Virus record (IMG/VR): IMGVR_UViG_3300015607_004069
Span: 117,659 to 181,658 of that record
Strand: one strand, 5' to 3'
Origin: a virus
Taxonomy: Duplodnaviria; Caudoviricetes
Length of the DNA stretch: 64,000 nt
Numbering within the stretch: the first letter of the stretch is position 1; each line of letters begins with the position of its first letter. The notes beneath the pieces were generated by a model that saw only the letters and a list, made by a program, of their open reading frames with translations, had not been told where the DNA came from and ran no database searches. A program made the translations under genes and the position numbers. Positions 9,938 through 19,215 of this stretch are shown here, piece after piece.

Positions 9938-10638
9938 TGGATCAGCTGATAGGCCAATGGACGAAGCTGATTAAATATGGTCTTGTCTCTTACGAAATTC
10001 ATAAATTCGATATATTTTATAATAGTGAAGGGAGGAATAGGTATAATATTTTCTATCAAATCATCAAAGCCATCAAATTCGAATTTCTGTGCTAGTACGT
10101 CCATGGTTTGCTTAGCTGCCTTCACTTCCTTTTGAGTAGCACTGCTATTATAGACTCGAAGAAATAATTCCGCTATGCCGTCTGACATCTTTTTGCCCGT
10201 CTTCTGATTGCGATAGGAGCCAATATAGGGATAAATTCCTGCGTTCAACTTGTATACCACTGGATCATAAATTTTATGAATGCCGCTCCATATATAATCG
10301 ATTATATCATCACGTCTATACCAGTCAGGCGAACCCGGCTCTATGAAGACAATGGTGTCTTTTAGACCGTACTCGTTATCATAAATAAAGCATCGATCTG
10401 GCTGGTGATTTGGTTTGGTTTTGATTAGTTCTTTGAGATTCCACTTGAACAAGTTGAACATGATTTTGTCAGTAGGATCTAATAGCTCTTGATCTTGCTC
10501 GCAGAATTCAATGAATTGATCCCATGTCTTGGCTTCATTCTTATGATAATCGAAAATAGCATCCCAATTGATAGCTGGATCATCCTCCTGTAAATCCGTG
10601 AAACCATAGCCGATAACTTTAGTAAGCCTATTTCCCAT
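9934..10638 (-). CDS. hypothetical protein
   Basis: 234-aa ORF with protein-like composition. Confidence 0.7.
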   Translation of the reverse strand: MGNRLTKVIGYGFTDLQEDDPAINWDAIFDYHKNEAKTWDQFIEFCEQDQELLDPTDKIMFNLFKWNLKELIKTKPNHQPDRCFIYDNEYGLKDTIVFIEPGSPDWYRRDDIIDYIWSGIHKIYDPVVYKLNAGIYPYIGSYRNQKTGKKMSDGIAELFLRVYNSSATQKEVKAAKQTMDVLAQKFEFDGFDDLIENIIPIPPFTIIKYIEFMNFVRDKTIFNQLRPLAYQLIH

Positions 10639-10662
10639 TTAGCATTTTCCCGATGTGCTGTG

Positions 10663-10674
10663 GTATTACAATAC
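10663..10674. promoter_or_regulatory. face-to-face GTATT/AATAC motifs between divergent genes
   Basis: gtattacaatac between 9934..10638(-) and 10692(+). Confidence 0.5.
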
Positions 10675-10691
10675 TATTCATAGGAGATCAT

Positions 10692-11693
10692 ATGAAATAT
10701 AACGAATTCGAATGTACCTACCATTTCGTCAACAGGTACTGCAAGGCCACAGGGGTGAAACAGCATGAGAAACCATTGGAATTTTATAATAGGCATCTAT
10801 TGGATATCGCCCAGAATCTGAAGGAATTTGGCGATGATGGCGAGATCATTTTCAATCAGGCATCGTTCGAACAGATATGGTGGAAAATCGGCAGGCCGTA
10901 TTACCGCTTTCATCCGGCAGCGGCTAAGCTTTTCGCAAATACACGCCTAGATGTACCAGTAAAATATCTGAAGTTCCCTAGTCGCGTCTTCGTGATCAAT
11001 TTCAGCGAAAACGATCCCAGCATGAAATTGGATGACAAGCATTATGTCAAATCAGTTCTGGTTTATCGTGGTCTGTCTACCAACATTCAAAAGAATACCA
11101 GTACTGAAGCCTTCACTATTTATCTCGATATCGGTGAAATCTATTCTGCTGAAATCAATGGAGTCACTGTTACCTTACCATTGCTGACCTTCAGACAGTT
11201 GTTTTGGACTCTTGAAACAGAAGACCAGACACTAGAAGAAATCATGTGTAAACTGCCAGTCCATCCTTCTGCTTTGCAGGGTGTCATTATTTCCGAAGAG
11301 ATGCTTATAAAATGCTATCGGCTTATTGTTTCTATGGCCTTTCTCAAGCAGGATGAAAATCCTATCATCATACCGCATGTTCTGAGCAAGGACTCGGATG
11401 AATGGCATAGGGCTGATAAGACAAGGAAGGAACAACTAGAAAAGAAAGCTATCAGAGTCAGAGAAAGCGAAGGTTGGCTGGTCGGGCATGATGAAATGTT
11501 TGAAATGGGTAAGATCGGCAAAGCGATGCCGGGCCAGCCTTCAGAATGCACAGGACGCGAGCATATGTTTGCTCGTTTTGTGACAGGCCATTGGAAGCTG
11601 GTTCGATATGGTCCACAGAGGGAATTCGGCAGGGTTCGCTGGATTATGCCTTATATCTCTGGAGAGGGCAAGCCATTTAAACATGATGATTAA
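10692..11693 (+). CDS. phage hypothetical protein with C-terminal GHW...YG...WI.P motif
   Basis: RFVTGHWKLVRYGPQREFGRVRWIMPY resembles a recurrent phage C-terminal motif; RBS taggag. Confidence 0.7.
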   Translation: MKYNEFECTYHFVNRYCKATGVKQHEKPLEFYNRHLLDIAQNLKEFGDDGEIIFNQASFEQIWWKIGRPYYRFHPAAAKLFANTRLDVPVKYLKFPSRVFVINFSENDPSMKLDDKHYVKSVLVYRGLSTNIQKNTSTEAFTIYLDIGEIYSAEINGVTVTLPLLTFRQLFWTLETEDQTLEEIMCKLPVHPSALQGVIISEEMLIKCYRLIVSMAFLKQDENPIIIPHVLSKDSDEWHRADKTRKEQLEKKAIRVRESEGWLVGHDEMFEMGKIGKAMPGQPSECTGREHMFARFVTGHWKLVRYGPQREFGRVRWIMPYISGEGKPFKHDD

Positions 11694-12018
11694 TTATCTG
11701 GCTGGTAACGAGATAACGTATTGTCTCGTCATGGGCACTCAGACATGAGCATCCAAATCATATGGGCTTCTGATACAATCGAAGCATCCATGGGAGTCAC
11801 CACAATTCCCCAAACCCAAAGCGAGAGCAAAATTGTGGCCTTTCTGCCGTTGTAGGAACAGCGGCGCGGTCCATTGTCAGTTGAGCCGTATGATTCAACT
11901 GGACGTTGTAGGCACTGACGAATAGTGCCTCGTCGCCGGTCTTCCAGACGTACCAAGACCCGTGTTGTCTCAGCGCATCAGACACGCTTATGGTTTTGAG
12001 CGAATCAAAACTGGCCAT

Positions 12019-12058
12019 TGATGACCAGACACCATTACGGATGTCTGGTCATCATTTT
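12019..12058 (+). terminator. intrinsic terminator
   Basis: tgatgaccagaca/tgtctggtcatca 13-bp stem followed by tttt. Confidence 0.7.
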
Positions 12059-12077
12059 ATCCATTAAGGAATGACAT

Positions 12078-12308
12078 ATGAGATATACAAAGAACCAACT
12101 GGAATTCATGATCCAAAAGGCGGTGGCACAACGAGTTCGCAACCGTCGATTCCGCAGCTGCCTGTTGTTCACTTCATGCGTGACAGCAGCATTGTTATTC
12201 GGGACTTACTATCCGGACAATGTTAAGTCAGGCATTGCAAAAGCTGGCGAATACGCTAACCTAGGCTGGTTACAGACCAAGACGTTTCTGGCGAGCCTGT
12301 TCTCATAA
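12078..12308 (+). CDS. small membrane protein
   Basis: basic N-terminus then one hydrophobic segment; RBS aagga. Confidence 0.6.
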   Translation: MRYTKNQLEFMIQKAVAQRVRNRRFRSCLLFTSCVTAALLFGTYYPDNVKSGIAKAGEYANLGWLQTKTFLASLFS

Positions 12309-12325
12309 CGAAAGTGATGTGATCT

Positions 12326-12826
12326 GTGGAAGTCTTTGAAATTCATATTACCGGTGATGAATCCATACTGAAGAACGGCATGCAATTGGGTGTTAAGACC
12401 ATTGCTGTCGATCTTCTTAAACCAGATAAGAGCATCCTTCGATCAGAATATATGACTTCACATATTGCGAAGTTTAATAACTTCCAAGACTGTGTAAAAT
12501 TCGTCGATGGTTTATCGCACCAGTTAGAACAGATGGGAACCAAGATCATTCGAAAGAAAATCGAGTGCCCACCTTATCAGCACTACCTCAATTCTAGTCT
12601 TTATATGGAAAGCCACTTTAAATTATCTCTTGATGCCACACCTAATTTTCCTATTAGTAGGAATCAAAATAAGGACTATCTACTTGGGACTGACCGTACT
12701 TATGACAAATCTGATTATAAGCGTTTTCATGATGCCCATCAGGATGATGAACTGGAATTGTGCTTGTATGATTCCTTCATAGATGAAGACCTAGACTGGT
12801 TATCACTTCCTCGGCATTCATTATAA
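12326..12826 (+). CDS. hypothetical protein (FEIHIT...KIE...YMESH pattern)
   Basis: 166-aa ORF in operon. Confidence 0.65.
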   Translation: MEVFEIHITGDESILKNGMQLGVKTIAVDLLKPDKSILRSEYMTSHIAKFNNFQDCVKFVDGLSHQLEQMGTKIIRKKIECPPYQHYLNSSLYMESHFKLSLDATPNFPISRNQNKDYLLGTDRTYDKSDYKRFHDAHQDDELELCLYDSFIDEDLDWLSLPRHSL

Positions 12827-12838
12827 AGGCGATATTCG

Positions 12839-13162
12839 ATGGCTAATGAAAAAGATCAGGAACTCACTCCGTTAACTGAAGCTGAATTTGAATTAGTAAA
12901 GGAAGAATTTAGAAGACTTGATCGTCTGCGTATAGAGAACAGACCTCCGCCACAGGGAGAGTACCAATGGGATGGCGGATTAAGTTTCAATGGTGGTTTC
13001 GGATCATATCAAGCGTTATATTATAATGGTAAGAAAATAGGTGGCTTGTTTACTGATAAACCATATACTGGTGAATATAGACCATTTAGTGAAGACGGTG
13101 GCGTATGTAAACCATGTGATCCGCCTGTTACACACACTCCATTTGCTGGAATGACCATATGA
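12839..13162 (+). CDS. hypothetical protein
   Basis: ATGA coupling to the next gene. Confidence 0.55.
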   Translation: MANEKDQELTPLTEAEFELVKEEFRRLDRLRIENRPPPQGEYQWDGGLSFNGGFGSYQALYYNGKKIGGLFTDKPYTGEYRPFSEDGGVCKPCDPPVTHTPFAGMTI

Positions 13163-13584
13163 ACGTTTATATTGCAGCTCAAGATAAAGAACAAGCATTA
13201 GATATTCGAGCAATGCTTTTTGATAATGCTAAAGATGTTGAATTTTCATGCCGCTGGCTCGATCAGGATTTCAAACGCACATTGACCTACACTGAAGAAG
13301 AACGAAACGTCATCGCCACCCAATGTTATGAGGACATAGATAAGTGTGATGTTCTTATCCTGCTTGCCTCTGATAACAAGATGAAGTGCTCTGGAGGTAA
13401 GTTCGTAGAGGCAGGGTATGCTCTCGGTCAAAATAAGGATGTTATCATTCTAGGTCAGCCGGAAAACATGCTCTTGTGGGCGAGAAAGAATATTAAAGCA
13501 GTTCAAACAATATCACAATTATTATCAAATATCAATGCACTCAGTGAATCTCATAGAATCCGGAATGCTGAGCTTAACGCGTAG
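13159..13584 (+). CDS. nucleoside 2-deoxyribosyltransferase-like protein
   Basis: VYIAA...EDIDKCDVLIL...SGGKFVEAGYALGQNKDVII. Confidence 0.75.
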   Translation: MNVYIAAQDKEQALDIRAMLFDNAKDVEFSCRWLDQDFKRTLTYTEEERNVIATQCYEDIDKCDVLILLASDNKMKCSGGKFVEAGYALGQNKDVIILGQPENMLLWARKNIKAVQTISQLLSNINALSESHRIRNAELNA

Positions 13585-13777
13585 AATCTGACGATTGGTT
13601 TTTATCTGACTGGATACATAAGTTAATAAATATCGCAACAATGCCAATTCCTAATAACGCACCGGAAGCGACGAGGTTATTTCCGTGAATGCCCTCAAAC
13701 AAGGTGTTGATATAGATAGTCAATAGAAAGAAAGCTGCCCAGACAACACAGACCAAATTGATAGCTGATTTAGCCAT
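13574..13777 (-). CDS. small two-TM membrane protein
   Basis: two hydrophobic helices. Confidence 0.55.
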   Translation of the reverse strand: MAKSAINLVCVVWAAFFLLTIYINTLFEGIHGNNLVASGALLGIGIVAIFINLCIQSDKNQSSDSTR

Positions 13778-13856
13778 ATTATTTTCCTAATGGTTGGAAT
13801 TAGATAATACATTATCTGCTAGTACATACTTTAAACCATGTCCTACAGGATGAACT

Positions 13857-15458
13857 ATGAATACTATGTTTCATAATGCCAGAGTTTCTTTTGCTATCTG
13901 CACACCCATGGCGAAAGTGACCAATCCTCATGGCGTGTTGATGTTCGACACATTGACACCGGAATGGCATAGAGCACGAGCCAGTCTAGCCATGCCTACC
14001 AACATCAATCTGGTAGAACTTTTAGCCGATGGTATGGAAGTCGGCGATGCCCGTTCAAAGATCGCCAAACTGTGTCTGGAAAGCAAACCAATACCAGAAT
14101 TCTTATTCTTCTTAGATTCTGACGTTATCGTCCCATCAGATGCCTTGACCAAACTATTTTACAATGCCAGATGTTATCCAGACTACGATGTCTATGCTGG
14201 CGTTTATTGCTCTAAGACCAATCCACCAGAACCATTGATCTATGGAGACAATGGCACAGGAGCCATCTGGGATTGGGCAGTAGGCGATCTGCTCATGGAC
14301 GGCAGAGTGAAAAGCGTCCATATGGGTCTGACACTGATTAGAACCAGTGCCTTCCGGAAGCTTCTGGATTCTGGCCTTGTCCATGGTACAGGGGATGACC
14401 AAGAAGACGAGCCGTTCTTCAAAACAGTCAATGAGACTGAATTTGTCAATGGCAATAACCTGCTCAAGCGAGGAACAGAGGACATTTACTTCTGTGATAA
14501 GCTTATAAAGGCTGGCGGCAAAATATTCGTCAATACCGGAGTGTTAGCCGCCCATCACTGTCGGACCACAGGCATAATGTATGGTCTTCCGGTCGATAAG
14601 ACCAATAACCCATTTAGACGCGCCAAATGGATGAAGGATGGCGACAAGACTCAGGATGTTCAGGAAGCCGAGAATCTGATCTACGAAGGGCCTTGTGAAT
14701 GTGTCAAATATCTGACTAATGAAACGGAATTTCCAGAACAATATAAGCAGCTGGACAATTCAACGCTTTGCCTTGAAAATTGCGTTGACTGTAAAGGCAC
14801 TGGCCATGTCAAAAGGCCATATAAGATAGCTATCGATATTGGAGCCGGTGATACGCGCAGAGAATGGCCGGGTTATAAGACTTACACTACTGATATTCGT
14901 AGCGATTCCAAGCCTGATTATGTTCAGGATTCACGTGCTCTAACGCTGCCAAATAACCATTTTGATCTAGTGGCAAGCTCACACCATCTAGAGCATATTG
15001 GCCGATGGGATCAGGAAAAAGTCTGGAAGGAAATGTTTAAAATCTGCAAGCCCGGTGGCAGAATTGAGCATGTCGTTCCTAATATACAATGGGCCGCTGC
15101 CTCCATTATGGAGAACAACATAGACGAGCACGTCATGAATGTCATTTATGGAGCACAGGAGGCTCATGGATATGCTCGTGAATTCAATACTCATTTCTTC
15201 GGCTATACCCCTGAGTTAGCTAAGGCACTGGCAAGATCAGTCGGATTCGTTGATGTAGAAACTGGAGACTGGCGACAGAATCCCAAGTTAGGTTATAACC
15301 TCCTGATAAAAGGTCGTAAGCCTTATCCCGATGAAGTAGTCAAAGACACAGTAGTCATGAAAGCCAGAAAACAGGAAGAAAAGGATAAAAAGAAAGAAAA
15401 AGAGCCAGAAAAAACAGATCAGAAACCAAGCCGGTCCAGAAGATCAGCAGCAAAATAA
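13857..15458 (+). CDS. GT-A fold glycosyltransferase fused to class I SAM-dependent methyltransferase
   Basis: FFLDSD (DxD), GLTLIR, EDIYFC in the N-half; IDIGAG, SHHLEH, CKPGGRI in the C-half; Cys-rich linker. Confidence 0.85.
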   Translation: MNTMFHNARVSFAICTPMAKVTNPHGVLMFDTLTPEWHRARASLAMPTNINLVELLADGMEVGDARSKIAKLCLESKPIPEFLFFLDSDVIVPSDALTKLFYNARCYPDYDVYAGVYCSKTNPPEPLIYGDNGTGAIWDWAVGDLLMDGRVKSVHMGLTLIRTSAFRKLLDSGLVHGTGDDQEDEPFFKTVNETEFVNGNNLLKRGTEDIYFCDKLIKAGGKIFVNTGVLAAHHCRTTGIMYGLPVDKTNNPFRRAKWMKDGDKTQDVQEAENLIYEGPCECVKYLTNETEFPEQYKQLDNSTLCLENCVDCKGTGHVKRPYKIAIDIGAGDTRREWPGYKTYTTDIRSDSKPDYVQDSRALTLPNNHFDLVASSHHLEHIGRWDQEKVWKEMFKICKPGGRIEHVVPNIQWAAASIMENNIDEHVMNVIYGAQEAHGYAREFNTHFFGYTPELAKALARSVGFVDVETGDWRQNPKLGYNLLIKGRKPYPDEVVKDTVVMKARKQEEKDKKKEKEPEKTDQKPSRSRRSAAK

Positions 15459-15475
15459 GGCCTGATTTGACACTA

Positions 15476-15513
15476 AAAGAGGTGTCTTTCATTATAACGA
15501 AAGACACCTCTTT
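15476..15513. terminator. bidirectional terminator between convergent genes
   Basis: aaagaggtgtctttc/gaaagacacctcttt 15-bp stem. Confidence 0.8.
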
Positions 15514-15530
15514 CCATATAGGATTTGAAA

Positions 15531-15977
15531 CTATTTGATATAATGCGAGATCAGAATACCATTCAGGTGGTCCATCTCATGGTTGAAAATGCGGCTTCGA
15601 AGACCAGCCAACTGAGTTTTCTTAACCTTCCCGTCCTTCATGCAATAGTATGAGAAGGCTGTGTTGACAGGACGCGATATACTAGCCGTCATACCCGGAA
15701 GAGACAAACAAGCTTCATTGCCCATAGTCTGTTTGTAGGATGTGCTCGTTATTTCTGGATTGATGAAGATAGAAATGCTATTGTCAGCCATCATAACGCC
15801 CAATATACGCTGATCTATGCCAATCTGGTTGGCCGCTAGACCATAGGCCTTGTGTTCTCTGATAGTCTCAATAATGTCAGAGATAAGTGGATTTAAATGG
15901 TCTGGAGAGAAATCAGTGACTGGATCTATCATCTTAACCAGTAACGGATTTGGATGGATAATAATATCACGTGGCAT
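15531..15977 (-). CDS. def: peptide deformylase (short phage type)
   Basis: GLAANQIG, EACLS, HEMDHLNG motifs; ends soon after the third motif. Confidence 0.92.
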   Translation of the reverse strand: MPRDIIIHPNPLLVKMIDPVTDFSPDHLNPLISDIIETIREHKAYGLAANQIGIDQRILGVMMADNSISIFINPEITSTSYKQTMGNEACLSLPGMTASISRPVNTAFSYYCMKDGKVKKTQLAGLRSRIFNHEMDHLNGILISHYIK

Positions 15978-16038
15978 CTATCGTTTCCTCATGGTGTTAT
16001 ATGATACATAAGTTACAAACCTGAACAACGAGGTATTT

Positions 16039-16371
16039 ATGACTGATTTGAAAAAATTCGCTGACTATCTTATTGAAATAGCAGAAGCACAGCCAGAAGC
16101 GACATTAGGCCAGATGCAGCTTATATTAAACAGGTTTGAACCGGCTGTGTCTGCTTCGGCATTTAAAGTATTGGTTCCAAGCGTCTGTGCATGGCAAGCA
16201 GTCTGGGATAAATGCGTCCAACTGGGTCTGAATTCAACAGACAAGACTGATTCTGGTAAATTAGTATGCGACTTCATTGACAAGCTACACTCTGCTGCAA
16301 AGAGTCAAGTCGGCCAGTGTGAAAACGCAAATCAGATTAAATCGAATTTGGAGCGAGAAAATGCGGCATAA
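16039..16371 (+). CDS. hypothetical protein
   Basis: RBS gaggt, 110 aa. Confidence 0.6.
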   Translation: MTDLKKFADYLIEIAEAQPEATLGQMQLILNRFEPAVSASAFKVLVPSVCAWQAVWDKCVQLGLNSTDKTDSGKLVCDFIDKLHSAAKSQVGQCENANQIKSNLERENAA

Positions 16372-17113
16372 ACTTCTCATCATGGCCGCTGTTCATCAGG
16401 GAGATATAAAATTCATCCACACGAAATTGAATAATATAGCTCGTCAGAAAGACATCGAACTAGCTCATGTCGTCTATTTAAACAATATGAATTATGATAA
16501 TATTGGCGATATCATCACAAAACACATTGAATGTATCGACTATTCAAATAGTCATGTCATTTTCACAAAGAACATGCGTCTTTATGAAACATGGAACTAC
16601 GCCATCAAGCAATATGACTCTGAGTATATTGTCAATGCCAATGCTGATGATTTGTGGTCTGAAGATTATATTAGCAAATGCATCAAAATATTAGATGAAC
16701 AGCCAGATATCAATATAGTCACATCAAATTACTACATAACCGATGTGCCAAATCAAAGCAATAGACCATGGAAGAACATCATTGGCGATATAATGCCGCA
16801 ATATCCAGATGGAACCTTGGGACCATCCCCGATGTTCAGAAGAAGTCTGATCGACCGCTTCGGACCATATCGATCAGATCTGACAGTAGCTGGCGACGCT
16901 GAAATATGGGAACGATGGAGACAGCAGCATGCCTGTGTTTATTATCGAATACCAGAGCATGACATATTGTACTTAGCCAGAGGCGATAGTCTGGAAAGAA
17001 GAAGAGATGATAAAGGGTCGCTTTACAGTGATATTGATTCCTCTCTGATAAATGGGCCTCCTAGGGCCAAGACCATCAGAGTGGCGAGAGGCAATATTAA
17101 AAGATCATATTGA
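16361..17113 (+). CDS. family 2 (GT-A) glycosyltransferase
   Basis: LYETWNYAIK, YIVNANADD, GPSPMFRRSL, AGDAEIW; start moved to ATG 16361. Confidence 0.85.
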   Translation: MRHKLLIMAAVHQGDIKFIHTKLNNIARQKDIELAHVVYLNNMNYDNIGDIITKHIECIDYSNSHVIFTKNMRLYETWNYAIKQYDSEYIVNANADDLWSEDYISKCIKILDEQPDINIVTSNYYITDVPNQSNRPWKNIIGDIMPQYPDGTLGPSPMFRRSLIDRFGPYRSDLTVAGDAEIWERWRQQHACVYYRIPEHDILYLARGDSLERRRDDKGSLYSDIDSSLINGPPRAKTIRVARGNIKRSY

Positions 17114-17120
17114 TAAATCT

Positions 17121-17648
17121 TTAGATTTTATGAATCTTGACCTTCTTTTCAATGGGGTCCCACTTTAATCTTTTTGAATCGATCATCCCTGCTATGATCA
17201 TTTTGCTGGCCTTCACATATAACAAATTGGAAAAATTGCGGCAGGCAGGGTGTGGAACTGCTAATATTGGTCCTTCATAGACTTGTTTAATGGCATTTAA
17301 AGCCAATACGCCACAAGCAACGACTATGGAAGGCTGAATAAGCCTAATCATACTTTCCATGTGTTCGAAATCAGGCGGCACCACTGAACTCGGCGTATCC
17401 CCGACAACAGGGGTTGTATTATCAAACCAGATATCTATACCAGCTGCTTCAACTAGATCACGAATAATACGAAGACGTTTGCCTGATCGTGATTTTTCTA
17501 ACGCTTTCAACCATAATTCTCTTGGCCATTGGTCACCATAATATAACGGCGACCAAGCATTTTGCAATAAAATAATGATTTTAGCACGGTTTGAACTGTC
17601 CGGTATATCGGACGTTGACTCTGTAGCCACAATAGTCTTTCTGGTCAT
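17121..17648 (-). CDS. uracil-DNA glycosylase-like superfamily protein
   Basis: LLQNAW, SRSGKRL, PSIVVACG..A, VPHPA motifs; start uncertain because of overlap. Confidence 0.55.
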   Translation of the reverse strand: MTRKTIVATESTSDIPDSSNRAKIIILLQNAWSPLYYGDQWPRELWLKALEKSRSGKRLRIIRDLVEAAGIDIWFDNTTPVVGDTPSSVVPPDFEHMESMIRLIQPSIVVACGVLALNAIKQVYEGPILAVPHPACRNFSNLLYVKASKMIIAGMIDSKRLKWDPIEKKVKIHKI

Positions 17649-17817
17649 AGGTGTCTTTGAACAATTTGGCGGCATTTCTGTTAAGGACATAAATATATAA
17701 CTCCTCTATCTGATTGCTCTTAGGGCCAGTTCTGGACATACCGATAGTGACTGTGCCTGTTTCGAACATCTCATTGATGTCTGCAAGCAATGCGTCCGCT
17801 GCCTTTTCGATAGTCAT
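17581..17817 (-). CDS. hypothetical protein
   Basis: 78-aa ORF with protein-like composition. Confidence 0.55.
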   Translation of the reverse strand: MTIEKAADALLADINEMFETGTVTIGMSRTGPKSNQIEELYIYVLNRNAAKLFKDTYDQKDYCGYRVNVRYTGQFKPC

Positions 17818-17914
17818 TTTTCACCAATAGTGGTCGACATAGACTGAGTAGGTAGCTAACCCAGCTTCGGTCAAAGGAAGGCCATTTCTGGCATAGGTTG
17901 TTGATACGTTATGA

Positions 17915-18736
17915 TCAGATCGCCTTCAATATACCCATCAGCCGCTCATTATTGTCGAGCCAAGTTATATCAACCCACTTCAATTCACTTAATCTGTCCT
18001 GATAACGGTATAAGCTATCAATCCAAAGAGAAATATTATGCTTTGGCTGTAGTTCCGATGGTAATGACAATGATGCACAGAAAAAACCACTCCCCACATT
18101 AAAGAAGTATTCGGCTGTAGTCAGAGCACCAATGCACTGCCGTCTGGTCCACCTCTTCATATCGTCGAAACCTACAGCCCCAGCTGGCAATTTGGGCAAG
18201 GGCGTTTCTGGACTGAGCATCATTATCCTGTGAGTCAAAGCGAATTTATCGACTATCATCTGAAAGCTTTCAGCATTTGCCCAGCTCTGGCCTGATTTGA
18301 AATGCGATTCAATGGCAATGCTGCGAATACCATCGTTATATGTCCTCCGCATCCCATGTAGTTCATCATCAGTCAGATATAACTTGGGACGCTGGTTGGT
18401 GACTGTTATCCCGAATTGTTCGCCGATTTCCTTGGATGTATCAATCAGGCTGTGATTGGGGTTTGCACTCTTCAAGTGTGGAAAGTAGGAATTGGGTGTT
18501 ATTTGTCTGTACTCTTTGTAGCCATGGGCCTTGGCAGCGGCACGTCCGCCGTCTAAGCCACCGATAGGAACAATGTCATTTATGAATGGGACGTTTTGAA
18601 AGGCATCAATGCAGTGTGGCATGGTGGCGATGCCGACTGGACATCCGATTCGTTTGGAGAATTCTTCTATCAATGGCAGGCCCATGACGCAATCGCCAAA
18701 ACCATAGGCCAGTTCAATTAACAAAGTTTTGCGCAT
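17915..18736 (-). CDS. GT9 (heptosyltransferase)-like GT-B glycosyltransferase
   Basis: GFGDCVMGLPLI N-terminal motif, FQNVPFINDI, PKLYLT, FFNVGSG. Confidence 0.7.
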   Translation of the reverse strand: MRKTLLIELAYGFGDCVMGLPLIEEFSKRIGCPVGIATMPHCIDAFQNVPFINDIVPIGGLDGGRAAAKAHGYKEYRQITPNSYFPHLKSANPNHSLIDTSKEIGEQFGITVTNQRPKLYLTDDELHGMRRTYNDGIRSIAIESHFKSGQSWANAESFQMIVDKFALTHRIMMLSPETPLPKLPAGAVGFDDMKRWTRRQCIGALTTAEYFFNVGSGFFCASLSLPSELQPKHNISLWIDSLYRYQDRLSELKWVDITWLDNNERLMGILKAI

Positions 18737-18765
18737 GAAAGTATCCGATTAGATTGGGCAGAGGC

Positions 18766-18776
18766 GTATTAAATAC
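18766..18776. promoter_or_regulatory. face-to-face GTATT/AATAC motifs between divergent genes
   Basis: gtattaaatac between 17915..18736(-) and 18791(+). Confidence 0.5.
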
Positions 18777-18790
18777 GATCAGGAGGAACT

Positions 18791-18988
18791 ATGATAGATC
18801 ACAATGGACCATTCGCCAAAGCTATGCATGATATAATCTGCAGCAAGCTCTTTCACAACAGGGGCGACAATTCAAAAGATTCGTTTAGTTTACTTCCAGA
18901 AAGCATGCGTAAAAAGTACGCAGAAATAATCAACGAATATGAAAATCAACGAAAAGCAATAATGGAAACAATAGTCAAGAAGATTTAG
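18791..18988 (+). CDS. hypothetical protein
   Basis: strong RBS aggagg. Confidence 0.6.
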   Translation: MIDHNGPFAKAMHDIICSKLFHNRGDNSKDSFSLLPESMRKKYAEIINEYENQRKAIMETIVKKI

Positions 18989-19194
18989 GACTTCTTCTTT
19001 TTGACAATAGGAGTCTGCTTAGTTGGCTTGATGATCTTCATGCCCAGCATAGTAGTCTTGCTACCATTGCCAGCTTTGTTGCTGGCAATATTGCTATAAT
19101 TTTTGCTGCTTTTCTTGCTTTTGCTGCCTGCAGCCCCCAATGGCTTGAAAGAGCCGAAACCAAGTGTGCCGCCAAAACAACCAGTCGTAGTCAT
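18985..19194 (-). CDS. small Lys-rich basic protein
   Basis: 69 aa, directly downstream of the tail gene. Confidence 0.5.
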   Translation of the reverse strand: MTTTGCFGGTLGFGSFKPLGAAGSKSKKSSKNYSNIASNKAGNGSKTTMLGMKIIKPTKQTPIVKKKKS

Positions 19195-19215
19195 GAACTT
19201 GCTCCAATATCGATG

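Noticed and set aside
11729-12018. Two overlapping ~75-aa minus-strand ORFs
   Set aside because: Could not tell which, if either, is real; no RBS or motif support.
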